Virus record (IMG/VR): IMGVR_UViG_3300037361_000044
Coordinates: 64,001-128,000 of that record
DNA from: a virus
Lineage: Duplodnaviria > Caudoviricetes
Strand: one strand, 5' to 3'
Length of the DNA stretch: 64,000 nt
The position numbers and the translations under genes are program-made. The first letter of the stretch is position 1; every line of letters starts with the position of its first letter. The notes under the pieces are model-generated. The model was not told where the DNA came from, searched no databases, and was given only the letters and a program-made list of their open reading frames with translations. Of the stretch, positions 44,096 through 52,926 are shown piece by piece.

Positions 44096-46798
44096 ATGCG
44101 ACATTCCAAGCTCACAGCTACCGAAGGCATCCACACCGTCATTGCGTACACCTACGCTGACGCCGCGGCACGTACAGGGGCCACGGGCTTCACCGTCGAG
44201 GATGCGGGTAAGTTCGCCAAGCAGCTGGACAACGGCACCATCTGGATGCTGACGGCGTATTCACCGGTTACCTGGGCGTCCGGGGCAGGCTCGTCGGCGC
44301 CGTTGGCGCATGCTTCCACCCATCTCCCCGGGGGTTCCGACGCGCTGACATACGCAACCCCCTCGGACATTGGGACAGCCAATGCCGCGGGAACAGGCAT
44401 CAACACCGCGCGCGGCGACCACGTGCACAACCTGCCCTTCAGTGTGGTGCAGACGGTACTGGGTGGCTCCACGGGGTCGGTGGGCTTCAACTCCCAGAAG
44501 CTCACCAATGTGCTGGATCCCACCGCAGCGCAGGACGCTGCCACGAAGGCCTATGTCGACGCGTTGTCGCAGGGGTTGGATACGAAGGGCAGCGTAGTCG
44601 CTGTATCCACTAGCAACATCGCGTCGCTGTCGGGACTGGCCACCACCGTGGATGGCGTCCTGCTGAACACTGACAGTTGGCGTGTGCTGCTGGCGGGGCA
44701 GTCAACCGCCTCCCAGAACGGCATCTACCTGGTGCACTCTGGGGCATGGACGCGGTCGGCGGACATGGCCGCAGGCAGTGACGCAGCCGGAAACTACTGC
44801 TTTGTAGAACAGGGAACCTCCTACGCAGACAGCGGCTGGGTCTGCACCACGAATACTGGTAGTGCTGTCGTCGGCACCAACAGCCTGGCCTTCACCCAGT
44901 TCAGTGGTGCCGGGCAAATCACAGCCGGCGCCGGCATGACGAAGACCGGCAACACGCTGAATGTGATTGCCAATGCTGATGGCTCCATCGTCGTCAACGT
45001 CGACGACATTCAGGTTGGCGTAATCACGAACACGCAGCATGGTAGCCGCGGCAACGGGACGTTGCACACGGTTGCTACATCTACCGCAGCTGGCTTCATG
45101 CCACAGTCGAACTTCTCGGCGACGGTAGATCCCGCAGTAGGTAACGACAACACGCAGGGCTACGTAGCGGGGTCTATCTGGCATAACGCGACGGCGGGCA
45201 CTGTGTGGCATGCCATCAGCGTAGCCACGGGTGCTGCCGTGTGGAAGAAGCTCATCACCACCAGTATGGGTTTCGTCAATGGCGGCGAGGCTGGTGGTGC
45301 CGCCAGGACGCTGGGAAACACCGACGCCTACTCTCTGGCGTTCTTGACCAATAACCTGCAGCGTCTTCTCATCAACTCGGATGGGTCGATGCTGGTCACG
45401 GCTAGTACCGCAGCCAGCACAGCCTTCGCCATCAAGGCAGCCGCCGCACAAACAGGCGACCTCTTGATGTTCCAGAACTCCTCTGGAACAGAGATGTCCT
45501 GTATCACAGCTGCGGGGTGGCTCAATATCGCAGGCAGTACAAACCCGTTCCCCACGTCTCCGCTATTCGTTTCTCTGGCTACGAACTCGTACCTGCAGTT
45601 GGTTGCGCAGAACACCAGCACAGGAACCTCGGCCAGCTCCGACTTTGTAGCCACTGCCGACAACGGTTCCGACACCACAAACTTTGTAGACCTGGGAATC
45701 AACGGGTCTGCCTACAACCAGGCCGCGTACAACATAGGTGCGGCAGACGACGCGTATCTGTTGGCGGTAGGCGGGCACTTAGCTGTAGGCACAGGTACAG
45801 CTACAAAGACCATCAAGTTTCATACGGGAGGGACCACAACCACCCAACTGCGCGCCACCATCACGGATACGGCGCTGGTGATGAACACGCTCCCCATTCA
45901 GGGGGTTGTGGACCCAACTAACGCCCAGGATGCTGCCACAAAGGCGTACGTGGACGCCAACGCTGGTGGCAACATCGGGTACAAGCTGGTGGTAGCCGTG
46001 GCCACCACGGCGAATATCACGCTGTCTGGGACGCAGACTATCGATGGGGTGGCCGTAGCTGCAAACAACCGTGTGCTGGTGAAGAACCAGACAGCGGGTG
46101 CCGACAACGGCATCTACGTGTGCTCGGCAAGCACCTGGTCACGCGCGACGGACTTGAGCACAAGCGCCGAGTGTGACATCGGCGCTATCGTAGTGGTACG
46201 CAAAGGTACTGTCAACGCAGGCACCGAGTGGCTGTTAGCTACGCAGCCAGCGATTACATTGGGGTCTACGGCACTTTCATTTGTGCCGCTCACGTACGTA
46301 CCACTGGCTCGCCAGCAGTTCTCGGCCCCAGACTTCGATGACCCCGGGACGGACTGGTCCGTAGTGTACGCTGCGGGGCTTACAGCGGACTCGGTAAACG
46401 CGGCGGTCATGGTCCGCAGGTTCGACGACACAACGCAAGAGGGTGTCGGCTGGTCTGTGCTGATCCCAGCGGCAGCGACTCAGGTACGCTTCACGTTCAT
46501 GAGCAAGGCGTACGGCTCGCCCTCGGCGCCAGACCGTACGGTAGGTATTGCCCTGAAGAAGCGGGAGGTCCCCAACAATGCTTCTCTTGGGGCCTGGGCT
46601 TCTTCCACCTTGTCTGACTTGACGATCACGCAGGACGTGTACTTCCATCGAGCGTCGCAGACCGTAAGCCTCTCTACGCTCAGCTTGACGGCAGACCGCG
46701 TGTACCAGCTAGAGCTGGTTCGGCAAGGGCCCTCGGCAGGCACCGGCCTTGTTGGCGACTGGTGTCTGACCATGCTGCTGGTCGAGTGGCTACCGTGA
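44096..46798 (+). CDS. Long fibre protein with internal duplication
   Basis: Two copies of DPT.AQDAATKAYVD plus NI.LSG..T.DGV...RVL...Q....NGIY; shared N-terminal module. Confidence 0.75.
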   Translation: MRHSKLTATEGIHTVIAYTYADAAARTGATGFTVEDAGKFAKQLDNGTIWMLTAYSPVTWASGAGSSAPLAHASTHLPGGSDALTYATPSDIGTANAAGTGINTARGDHVHNLPFSVVQTVLGGSTGSVGFNSQKLTNVLDPTAAQDAATKAYVDALSQGLDTKGSVVAVSTSNIASLSGLATTVDGVLLNTDSWRVLLAGQSTASQNGIYLVHSGAWTRSADMAAGSDAAGNYCFVEQGTSYADSGWVCTTNTGSAVVGTNSLAFTQFSGAGQITAGAGMTKTGNTLNVIANADGSIVVNVDDIQVGVITNTQHGSRGNGTLHTVATSTAAGFMPQSNFSATVDPAVGNDNTQGYVAGSIWHNATAGTVWHAISVATGAAVWKKLITTSMGFVNGGEAGGAARTLGNTDAYSLAFLTNNLQRLLINSDGSMLVTASTAASTAFAIKAAAAQTGDLLMFQNSSGTEMSCITAAGWLNIAGSTNPFPTSPLFVSLATNSYLQLVAQNTSTGTSASSDFVATADNGSDTTNFVDLGINGSAYNQAAYNIGAADDAYLLAVGGHLAVGTGTATKTIKFHTGGTTTTQLRATITDTALVMNTLPIQGVVDPTNAQDAATKAYVDANAGGNIGYKLVVAVATTANITLSGTQTIDGVAVAANNRVLVKNQTAGADNGIYVCSASTWSRATDLSTSAECDIGAIVVVRKGTVNAGTEWLLATQPAITLGSTALSFVPLTYVPLARQQFSAPDFDDPGTDWSVVYAAGLTADSVNAAVMVRRFDDTTQEGVGWSVLIPAAATQVRFTFMSKAYGSPSAPDRTVGIALKKREVPNNASLGAWASSTLSDLTITQDVYFHRASQTVSLSTLSLTADRVYQLELVRQGPSAGTGLVGDWCLTMLLVEWLP

Positions 46799-46805
46799 GG
46801 TCCCT

Positions 46806-47510
46806 ATGGCAATGAACTTCGTAGGATCGAGTTCTCAGCGGCTGACTTTGAGTAGCTCGCTATCAACGTTTCAGAATGTGACTGGCGGTACCATCATGTG
46901 CTGGGTGAACCTGCAAGGCACGCTGCCTACCACGGAGACCGTCATCTACTTATACTCGGTGAATGGGTCCGGAAGCGCCCGGTTTTCGGTGTCCTTCCGT
47001 GGGCAACTTACGAAGTTTCGGGCCTCAGCGCGCCGGCTAGATGCGGACTCCGCCACCACAGTGGACGGTACAACCACGGTCGTAGCCGGAACCTTGTACC
47101 ACATCTGTGCGGTGGCAGAGTTCAACAATACAGCTCTGCGCCTGTACGTGAACGGGGTGCAGGAGAACTCAGCTACCATTGCGGGGTGGACCGCGGCCAC
47201 GTCGAACACGGCATCTACGTCCGCCTACGTGGCTTCGAATTCAACCGGCAGCTACTTCACTGGGCTCGTGACTGATGTGCGCTCTTACTCTAGGGCACTG
47301 ACCGCACAGGAGGTATTGAACGTGTACGGGGGCCGTGGCAGGGACTCGGTAGTCCTCAGCATGCAAGACCGCTGGAAGATGGCAGGGGACCCACCCGGTA
47401 ATAACGGAACTCCGCAGTCTATAGGGTTGCTGCAGGCGTGGGCGTCCCAGACGAACAACCCACTGTACGCAGAGAACATGGGAATCTCTTCGCGTCGAAG
47501 GAGCATGTAA
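46806..47510 (+). CDS. LamG/concanavalin A-like lectin-domain protein
   Basis: TIMCWV, YHICAV, LYVNG and FTGLVTDVRSYSRALT..EV. Confidence 0.85.
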   Translation: MAMNFVGSSSQRLTLSSSLSTFQNVTGGTIMCWVNLQGTLPTTETVIYLYSVNGSGSARFSVSFRGQLTKFRASARRLDADSATTVDGTTTVVAGTLYHICAVAEFNNTALRLYVNGVQENSATIAGWTAATSNTASTSAYVASNSTGSYFTGLVTDVRSYSRALTAQEVLNVYGGRGRDSVVLSMQDRWKMAGDPPGNNGTPQSIGLLQAWASQTNNPLYAENMGISSRRRSM

Positions 47511-48103
47511 TGTCGGATGTAGTCCACAGAGTATCCAAGCAGCTGCTGCGCAGCGTGAACACCCCAGACTACCCAGCAGCGGAGTGGCTCATCAACCCAG
47601 ACCTGACCCTACTGGAGACGGTGCCCCTGCAGTACCTCAAGGTGACCGGGGATACCCTGGCGGAGATGACTGCGGAGGAGAAGCTAGCTGTCGATTACGG
47701 CACGCTCGAGCAGGCACGCGCGCGGTATCTCAACATGGTGGACTCCGTGTGCGAAGCACGCATCATGTACGGGGATGGCGTCGAGATCCTGGGCTCCGGC
47801 AAGAAGGTTTCGACCAGCCTTAGTGCACAAATCAAGTGGATGGGCTGGTGCACAATCATCGACCAGTGGGAGGCACTAGGGAACTCATTTCCCTTCCGAG
47901 TCCGCACCAAGTGGGATGACGACTACATTGAGATTCCGAACGCAGCTGCCGTAAAGGAAGCCTACGGGACCATCGTGAACTTCATCACAAGCACGCTGCA
48001 GGAAGCAGAGGTGGTGAAGTCCACCATACAAACCTCCATGTCGATTAACAGCATTCTCGAGGCGGCAGCGCCGTACCTGGCTACCGCTCCGGAGGCTGCA
48101 TGA
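47510..48103 (+). CDS. Fibre assembly protein-like (DUF4376-like)
   Basis: Follows the fibre genes; WLINPD, EMTAEEK and a helical C-terminus. Confidence 0.5.
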   Translation: MSDVVHRVSKQLLRSVNTPDYPAAEWLINPDLTLLETVPLQYLKVTGDTLAEMTAEEKLAVDYGTLEQARARYLNMVDSVCEARIMYGDGVEILGSGKKVSTSLSAQIKWMGWCTIIDQWEALGNSFPFRVRTKWDDDYIEIPNAAAVKEAYGTIVNFITSTLQEAEVVKSTIQTSMSINSILEAAAPYLATAPEAA

Positions 48104-48645
48104 GTGGCATCGCCATCACCGTAGAGAAGCAGATCACTGCTTTCCCGCTGTCCTTGAATTTGCAGCAGGAGGGAGTGGGCGGCATTTCCGGGCAGAGCCC
48201 GACGGTGAAGGTGCGCCGAGGGAACACGACGAATAGCTACCTGGACTTCGCGGACAACGCCTTCAAGACCTCCGGTTGGGCCTTGAAGGAAGCCACAATG
48301 CAGGAGGTTGGGGACGGGAACTACCAGAGGAGCTTGGACATTGCCGCGCTGGCGGTTGCCAAGGACGATGTACTGGTGGCCGAGTACCACGTCGATGACG
48401 GCGGTGACGTGGTTGGCTCAGCCCTGGACCTGCTCATCGTCACGGAGTTTGGGTTCGACCTGGCCTTTGTGCGCAAGTCCGTGACCAATCGCATGGCCAC
48501 CTTTGCGGGCACGCCAGGCGTCTTGCTGCTCTTCGACGACGACGATTCCACCGTGATCGGGCGTTGGGAGCTGAGGGACTCAGCCGACGGCGGCATCATC
48601 GCCACTGTGGCATCACCGGCCAAGAGGGGTAAGAATCAGGTATGA
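48100..48645 (+). CDS. Putative virion protein
   Basis: ATGA-coupled 181 aa ORF. Confidence 0.65.
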   Translation: MSGIAITVEKQITAFPLSLNLQQEGVGGISGQSPTVKVRRGNTTNSYLDFADNAFKTSGWALKEATMQEVGDGNYQRSLDIAALAVAKDDVLVAEYHVDDGGDVVGSALDLLIVTEFGFDLAFVRKSVTNRMATFAGTPGVLLLFDDDDSTVIGRWELRDSADGGIIATVASPAKRGKNQV

Positions 48646-48872
48646 ACACCAGGCCTGACAACCTCTCCGCGGGCTTCTTCCTGGGCTTTGGCTGCCTGAA
48701 GCTTACGCGGGGACTGGGGCCGTGCTCGGGCGTGCCCATTGTGGAGTCCGCCGTTGCCCACGCTAAGGATGGCGGCCCAGGCCCCCACGCCAGGGCTACC
48801 GTACCTGACCACCCTCAGGTACTTGGGGTCGACGTGAGCGGGCGTAGCGCCAAGAAGTGCAGCGACGAATAG
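48642..48872 (+). CDS. Hypothetical protein
   Basis: ATGA-coupled; ends at the terminator. Confidence 0.5.
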   Translation: MNTRPDNLSAGFFLGFGCLKLTRGLGPCSGVPIVESAVAHAKDGGPGPHARATVPDHPQVLGVDVSGRSAKKCSDE

Positions 48873-48907
48873 GGGGCTAAGAAAAAGCAGGTTGTCCTGC
48901 TCTTTCC
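48871..48907. terminator. Bidirectional terminator, TAGCC tail on the minus strand
   Basis: AGCAGG-TTGT-CCTGCT; minus-strand tail TTTTTC-TTAGCCCCC. Confidence 0.75.
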
Positions 48908-48912
48908 CATGG

Positions 48913-49104
48913 TCACCCTGCGGCGACCATGTTCGAACGTGCCCGCGACTGGCGCACTACTTCCAGTAGGCACGCTAGGAGATACTTGGGGCGGCTTTGT
49001 ATCGGCAAGTGCTTGGTGTCCCATGCTGTGCTCACATGGCCACATCCAGTGCATTGCCAAACAGCGCCGTCCCGGTGAATCTCCCCTTTACAGATCGTAC
49101 TCAT
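48913..49104 (-). CDS. Small Zn-ribbon protein
   Basis: C...WQCTGCGH; start uncertain. Confidence 0.5.
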   Translation of the reverse strand: MSTICKGEIHRDGAVWQCTGCGHVSTAWDTKHLPIQSRPKYLLACLLEVVRQSRARSNMVAAG

Positions 49105-49150
49105 TGTAACCTTTCCGCACAACCTGAGTACGTTCTCGGGCCAGTACAAG

Positions 49151-49351
49151 TCACACCAACTCGCACTGTCGAACTCGTTGCTTCAGCAAATCGAGACTAG
49201 GGTCATCTTGAACCAACACGCCCAGCTGCATAGCCAGGCCCCGTAACCGCGTGTACGAGAGGGAGTTCAGGAAGCTCTCGCTCACTTCAATCACGTCACG
49301 GGGCCCCACTCTAGTGCAGTTCGGCCAGGTCTCGATCTCTACTATTTTCCC
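49151..49351 (-). CDS. -1 frameshift extension of 49342..50205
   Basis: Open frame from the GGGAAAA heptamer to TGA at 49153-49151; encodes LNSLSYTRLRGLAMQLGV (HeH/Rho-N-like). Confidence 0.6.
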   Translation of the reverse strand, partial: GKIVEIETWPNCTRVGPRDVIEVSESFLNSLSYTRLRGLAMQLGVLVQDDPSLDLLKQRVRQCELV

Positions 49352-50205
49352 TTGTTGACCTTGACCTTGGTGCCCTTGGGCTTGGCCGCAGGTACCTCCT
49401 CAGCCGGGTCGGCGCTGATGAATTGAGCGATCACGTTCTCCGTGGCGTTCAGCTCCTCCATAGCAATCTGGATGACGTCCGCCGCGTTGGCACCCAGTGC
49501 CTGCTCCGCAACCTTCAGGGATACGCTCGTTCCAATCGCCGTGTGTCGGTAGCCAAGAACGATGGAGTCTTGCAGTGCGGCCATGTTGTCGGCCAGCCCT
49601 TGAACCACACCAGCGATGTCATTCACGGTCTTCTGCAGACTCTGAACTACACCGAGAAGCTGAGCACCAGCTTGCGGTGCCGCTGCAGCAGTAGCTGGGT
49701 TACGCAGTGGGGCGGCAGCTGTGGCTGTTGCTGGCGTGCGTTGAGCAGCCGGGGCAGCCTTGGGGGCAGCCACAGGAGCGCGTGCTGGGACCCCACCGGT
49801 GGTGCGGCGCACGGGAGGCGGAGGAGGTGCTTCCTCTTCCTCGTCGTCGACCTCTTCCTCGGTCTCCTCGTCAACTTCTTCCTCGTCAACTTCCTCTTCC
49901 TCCTCTTCTTCCTCGGGAGGCGGGGCCTTCTTGGCCTTGTTGTTCACGGGGGTGCGCGCAGGAGCAGCGGGAGCTGCCGTGCCCTTCTTGGCCTTCTTGC
50001 CGCCGCGTGCCTCGATAAGCGCATCGCTGACTTGTTGGCACTGCGCCGCAAAGTCCTGGGCTAAGAAAGCAGTGCGGGCAGCTTCGTCGGCACCATCGAA
50101 GATACCAAGCTTCTGGGCAAGCACACGTACGTTGAATCGGCCGATGGTGGCGAGTTCAGCTGGATCGGTAGGGGCGGTTTCAATGGAGGCGGGGGTAACA
50201 GTCAT
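49342..50205 (-). CDS. Low-complexity acidic/Ala-Pro-rich protein with coiled coil
   Basis: 287 aa with a poly-Glu tract; ends AAG GGA AAA TAG. Confidence 0.8.
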   Translation of the reverse strand: MTVTPASIETAPTDPAELATIGRFNVRVLAQKLGIFDGADEAARTAFLAQDFAAQCQQVSDALIEARGGKKAKKGTAAPAAPARTPVNNKAKKAPPPEEEEEEEEVDEEEVDEETEEEVDDEEEEAPPPPPVRRTTGGVPARAPVAAPKAAPAAQRTPATATAAAPLRNPATAAAAPQAGAQLLGVVQSLQKTVNDIAGVVQGLADNMAALQDSIVLGYRHTAIGTSVSLKVAEQALGANAADVIQIAMEELNATENVIAQFISADPAEEVPAAKPKGTKVKVNKGK

Positions 50206-50594
50206 GGTGTTCTCGTTTTCCTTATCAGTCGATGTTTTTGAACGAAGGGTTCGTTCCCGTGCAGGTCGATAATACATGCAATTACTTGCATGTCGGTACA
50301 ACCGAAGCACGGTCTAGGGTTGGGGGTTACTTTGTCCTTCAAGTGCCTTGCAGGGCAAGTGATTTGTGTTTCTATCTTCTTCCAGTGTTCGTGGAAGAAC
50401 GCGATGAACGCGTTCCGCCAGCCGTGCAGTACATGGTCCTCTTCCGTGTACGGCGGGGGCTCCTTCCAGCCCTCCAGGTAGGCAATCATGCATTCCGTCG
50501 CCTCGTTTGGCCTGACTAGGATGCCTGCCCTAATACATGTCTGGTAGAGCTCGGTGCGGTTGAACCTGTCATAGACTGAGGTTGAGCGCGTCAA
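50202..50594 (-). CDS. Hypothetical Cys-containing protein
   Basis: ORF coupled by ATGA to the next gene; start uncertain. Confidence 0.6.
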   Translation of the reverse strand: MTRSTSVYDRFNRTELYQTCIRAGILVRPNEATECMIAYLEGWKEPPPYTEEDHVLHGWRNAFIAFFHEHWKKIETQITCPARHLKDKVTPNPRPCFGCTDMQVIACIIDLHGNEPFVQKHRLIRKTRTP

Positions 50595-51018
50595 GTGGCG
50601 ATCCCTCCTTCTCGACGTCCCAGATCCAGATGTCCGTCTGCTCCTTCGGCCCCTGCACGGAGACGCCACCTATCGCATGGAAGTGTGAGTCGTCCACTGA
50701 CGTCACTTCGGCCAGTACATCTTCCAGCAACTTGAAGCGATTGGTGGTGTCAGCGTGCTTATACCTGGCCGCAGCGCTTTTTGGCCAGGTCACATTTAGC
50801 AGGTCTGTGAGGGTAAACCTGTAGAAAAGGCTGTAGGGACGGTTTGGCACCATCCCCTGAAGCACGAAGGCGTACTTCTTGGTCAGGTGGGCCGTGGCCT
50901 CGTTCTTGAACTTCCTTCCCTCCTTAGTAAGGTACCGCTTGGTACCCTTTGCCAGCTTGACGGTACCGTAGGCGTGGTTGGTGGAGACGGGGAGCATCGG
51001 AAGCACAAGGTGCCTCAT
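50569..51018 (-). CDS. RusA-like Holliday junction resolvase
   Basis: PVSTN, DxxNxxKxxxD and DD motifs. Confidence 0.8.
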   Translation of the reverse strand: MRHLVLPMLPVSTNHAYGTVKLAKGTKRYLTKEGRKFKNEATAHLTKKYAFVLQGMVPNRPYSLFYRFTLTDLLNVTWPKSAAARYKHADTTNRFKLLEDVLAEVTSVDDSHFHAIGGVSVQGPKEQTDIWIWDVEKEGSPLDALNLSL

Positions 51019-51671
51019 GTGGTTCTCCTGCCCATGCCACGACCACCAGTCACAGGCACACCGCGTGCCCCTCTGACGTTGGAGTTTCTGGTTGTGCCCT
51101 CGAACTCCTGGCGGCGAATCTCCACGGTCCGTGAGTGGAGCGCCTGCTCGTCTCCAGTGCCGTCAACGCGGGCTCCCAGCCTGAGAACTACCTCTTTCTG
51201 GAATAGCTTCTCTGTCTGAAGCTCTCGGTAACGGGGGTTCCTGCCAATCTTGTCCGTCATCTCTTGCGCGGATGGTGCTTTCAAGCCGCCTTTGGCCGTA
51301 GTCTTCTGGTTGTGTTTCCGCTCCGAGGTGCGAATACGGCGACCGATGTCGTCCATCTCCGCCTCTATCTCCAGTAGTCGCGCCTGGTGCTCTGCCAGCT
51401 TCTGCCTAAGGTAGGTCAGCCAGGCTGTCCTCTTCTCGTAGAGCTCCATGTACGCGTTGCTGTCCGTGGTTGTGAGCGCTTTTGGCGTCATTTCCGGGTA
51501 GTCGAACAGCGGCTCTTTGGGGATGGGGCATCCCACCACCATGTGCAGGTACTCGGTCACCTTTGAGGTAACCGACCACTGCTGGCGAATGTCTTCTTCT
51601 TCGGTGGCGCCGACACCATCCAGTACCTCATCGAGGTGTAGGCCACCCATGTGCTGTGGTTCTCTGTTCAT
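51015..51671 (-). CDS. Helical coiled-coil protein, possibly a UvsY-like mediator
   Basis: All-helical; located in the recombination cluster. Confidence 0.5.
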   Translation of the reverse strand: MNREPQHMGGLHLDEVLDGVGATEEEDIRQQWSVTSKVTEYLHMVVGCPIPKEPLFDYPEMTPKALTTTDSNAYMELYEKRTAWLTYLRQKLAEHQARLLEIEAEMDDIGRRIRTSERKHNQKTTAKGGLKAPSAQEMTDKIGRNPRYRELQTEKLFQKEVVLRLGARVDGTGDEQALHSRTVEIRRQEFEGTTRNSNVRGARGVPVTGGRGMGRRTT

Positions 51672-52591
51672 GTGACTGGTGTCCTGGGCACACGCATACC
51701 GCTAGGCCCGTGGCGCTTCAAGCGCCTTTCTTGTACTTGCCTGTCTTTCTTGTATTGCTTGCTTCTTTCCTTCCGTTCCAGGCACTCCGGCTTGCACACC
51801 CAGGAGTAGCCGCAGAACTGGCAGCCGATTCCCTCCACACGAGGGGGTAGCTCATTGATGACCGCCAAGTGGCGGACTTCCTTTGTTTCCTGCTCGATGA
51901 CGTTCCAGAGCTTGTGGTCGAAAGGGAACAGGTACGGGCTTGTGCTGGGGATGATGTTCTGGTTCCCCTTGTTGACGTACATCGTGTACAGCAGGGGGAC
52001 GTCCAGGCACTTCATGTAGACGCAGGTCTGGCGGAGATGTTGGGGATCGGGCTCCGTCAGCTTCTCGTACTCTTTGGGGGACTTGGTCTTGATCTCCAGA
52101 CCTACCCGCATCGTGGCTGCCCCCCATGAGTGCTCATAGAAGATGAACACGCCATCGCAGCTGGATTCGATGCCGTACTGCTCGGCTACCAGCTGCAACG
52201 TTGGGTCGATGCGAACCTCCTTCTGGAAGGACAGGAAGCCCTTGCTCCTCTCGCAGAGTCGACGCCAGTCCTCTTGGATCATGGCGTGGTACATGTGCCC
52301 GATGCGGAACCTCTTCTTCCAGAAGGGGTCTAGGTCCGCATCTACGCGCTTTTCACCCTTCAGGGAGTACCATACTGTGCGTCGGCACTCGCCAGACATC
52401 TCCGAAGCGTGGATGCCCTGAGATCGTTGCTTGGCCCCGTGCCAGCCGGCCACAAAAGCCACGTCCTCATCATCGTTACGAATGAAGTCCTCGTACATGA
52501 TGCTGAGGTCCGAGGCCCATTGCATGTAACTGGCTACCTGGTCCTTTGGCTCAGTCGTCAGGTCCTTGATGGTTACAAGACCCATAGTCAC
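51668..52591 (-). CDS. Cas4-like PD-(D/E)xK exonuclease
   Basis: HASE...C.R, DG, LEIKT, QxxxY and CxxC.....C Fe-S ligands. Confidence 0.85.
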   Translation of the reverse strand: MTMGLVTIKDLTTEPKDQVASYMQWASDLSIMYEDFIRNDDEDVAFVAGWHGAKQRSQGIHASEMSGECRRTVWYSLKGEKRVDADLDPFWKKRFRIGHMYHAMIQEDWRRLCERSKGFLSFQKEVRIDPTLQLVAEQYGIESSCDGVFIFYEHSWGAATMRVGLEIKTKSPKEYEKLTEPDPQHLRQTCVYMKCLDVPLLYTMYVNKGNQNIIPSTSPYLFPFDHKLWNVIEQETKEVRHLAVINELPPRVEGIGCQFCGYSWVCKPECLERKERSKQYKKDRQVQERRLKRHGPSGMRVPRTPVT

Positions 52592-52926
52592 TCCTTGTTT
52601 TGCTGGGCAAGCCAGACTTCATACGGCACAGCTACCCAGTGATCTTCGGTGCGTCCGTTAGCGTCGATGAACGTAACGTCCAGCACCGGTGTTTCGTCGA
52701 AGGCACACTCGCTTCGAATCTTGTCCAGAATCTCACGAGACATGGAGAAGGACATCTTCTTGGTGAACTTGCATTCAGCCCTGAACTTTCCCTTCTTCCG
52801 AACATCGCCCTTAGCCCACGGGAGGCACCCAGAACCCTTCTGGGTCTTACCTCCCGCTTCGTTTGCTAGCTTTGCTTCTTGTCTCCGAGAGCGCCTCTTG
52901 TTTTGCTTCGGGGTGAAGACGGACAT
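52588..52926 (-). CDS. PD-(D/E)xK resolvase-like nuclease
   Basis: QE...GSG...KGDV...ECKFT. Confidence 0.75.
   Translation of the reverse strand: MSVFTPKQNKRRSRRQEAKLANEAGGKTQKGSGCLPWAKGDVRKKGKFRAECKFTKKMSFSMSREILDKIRSECAFDETPVLDVTFIDANGRTEDHWVAVPYEVWLAQQNKE

Noticed and set aside
50058-50070. TTCTTAGCCC match inside a gene
   Set aside because: Codes F-L-A-Q and has no upstream hairpin; probably coincidental
51668-52591. CRISPR-Cas system
   Set aside because: Solo Cas4-like nuclease in a recombination cluster; no array or other cas genes
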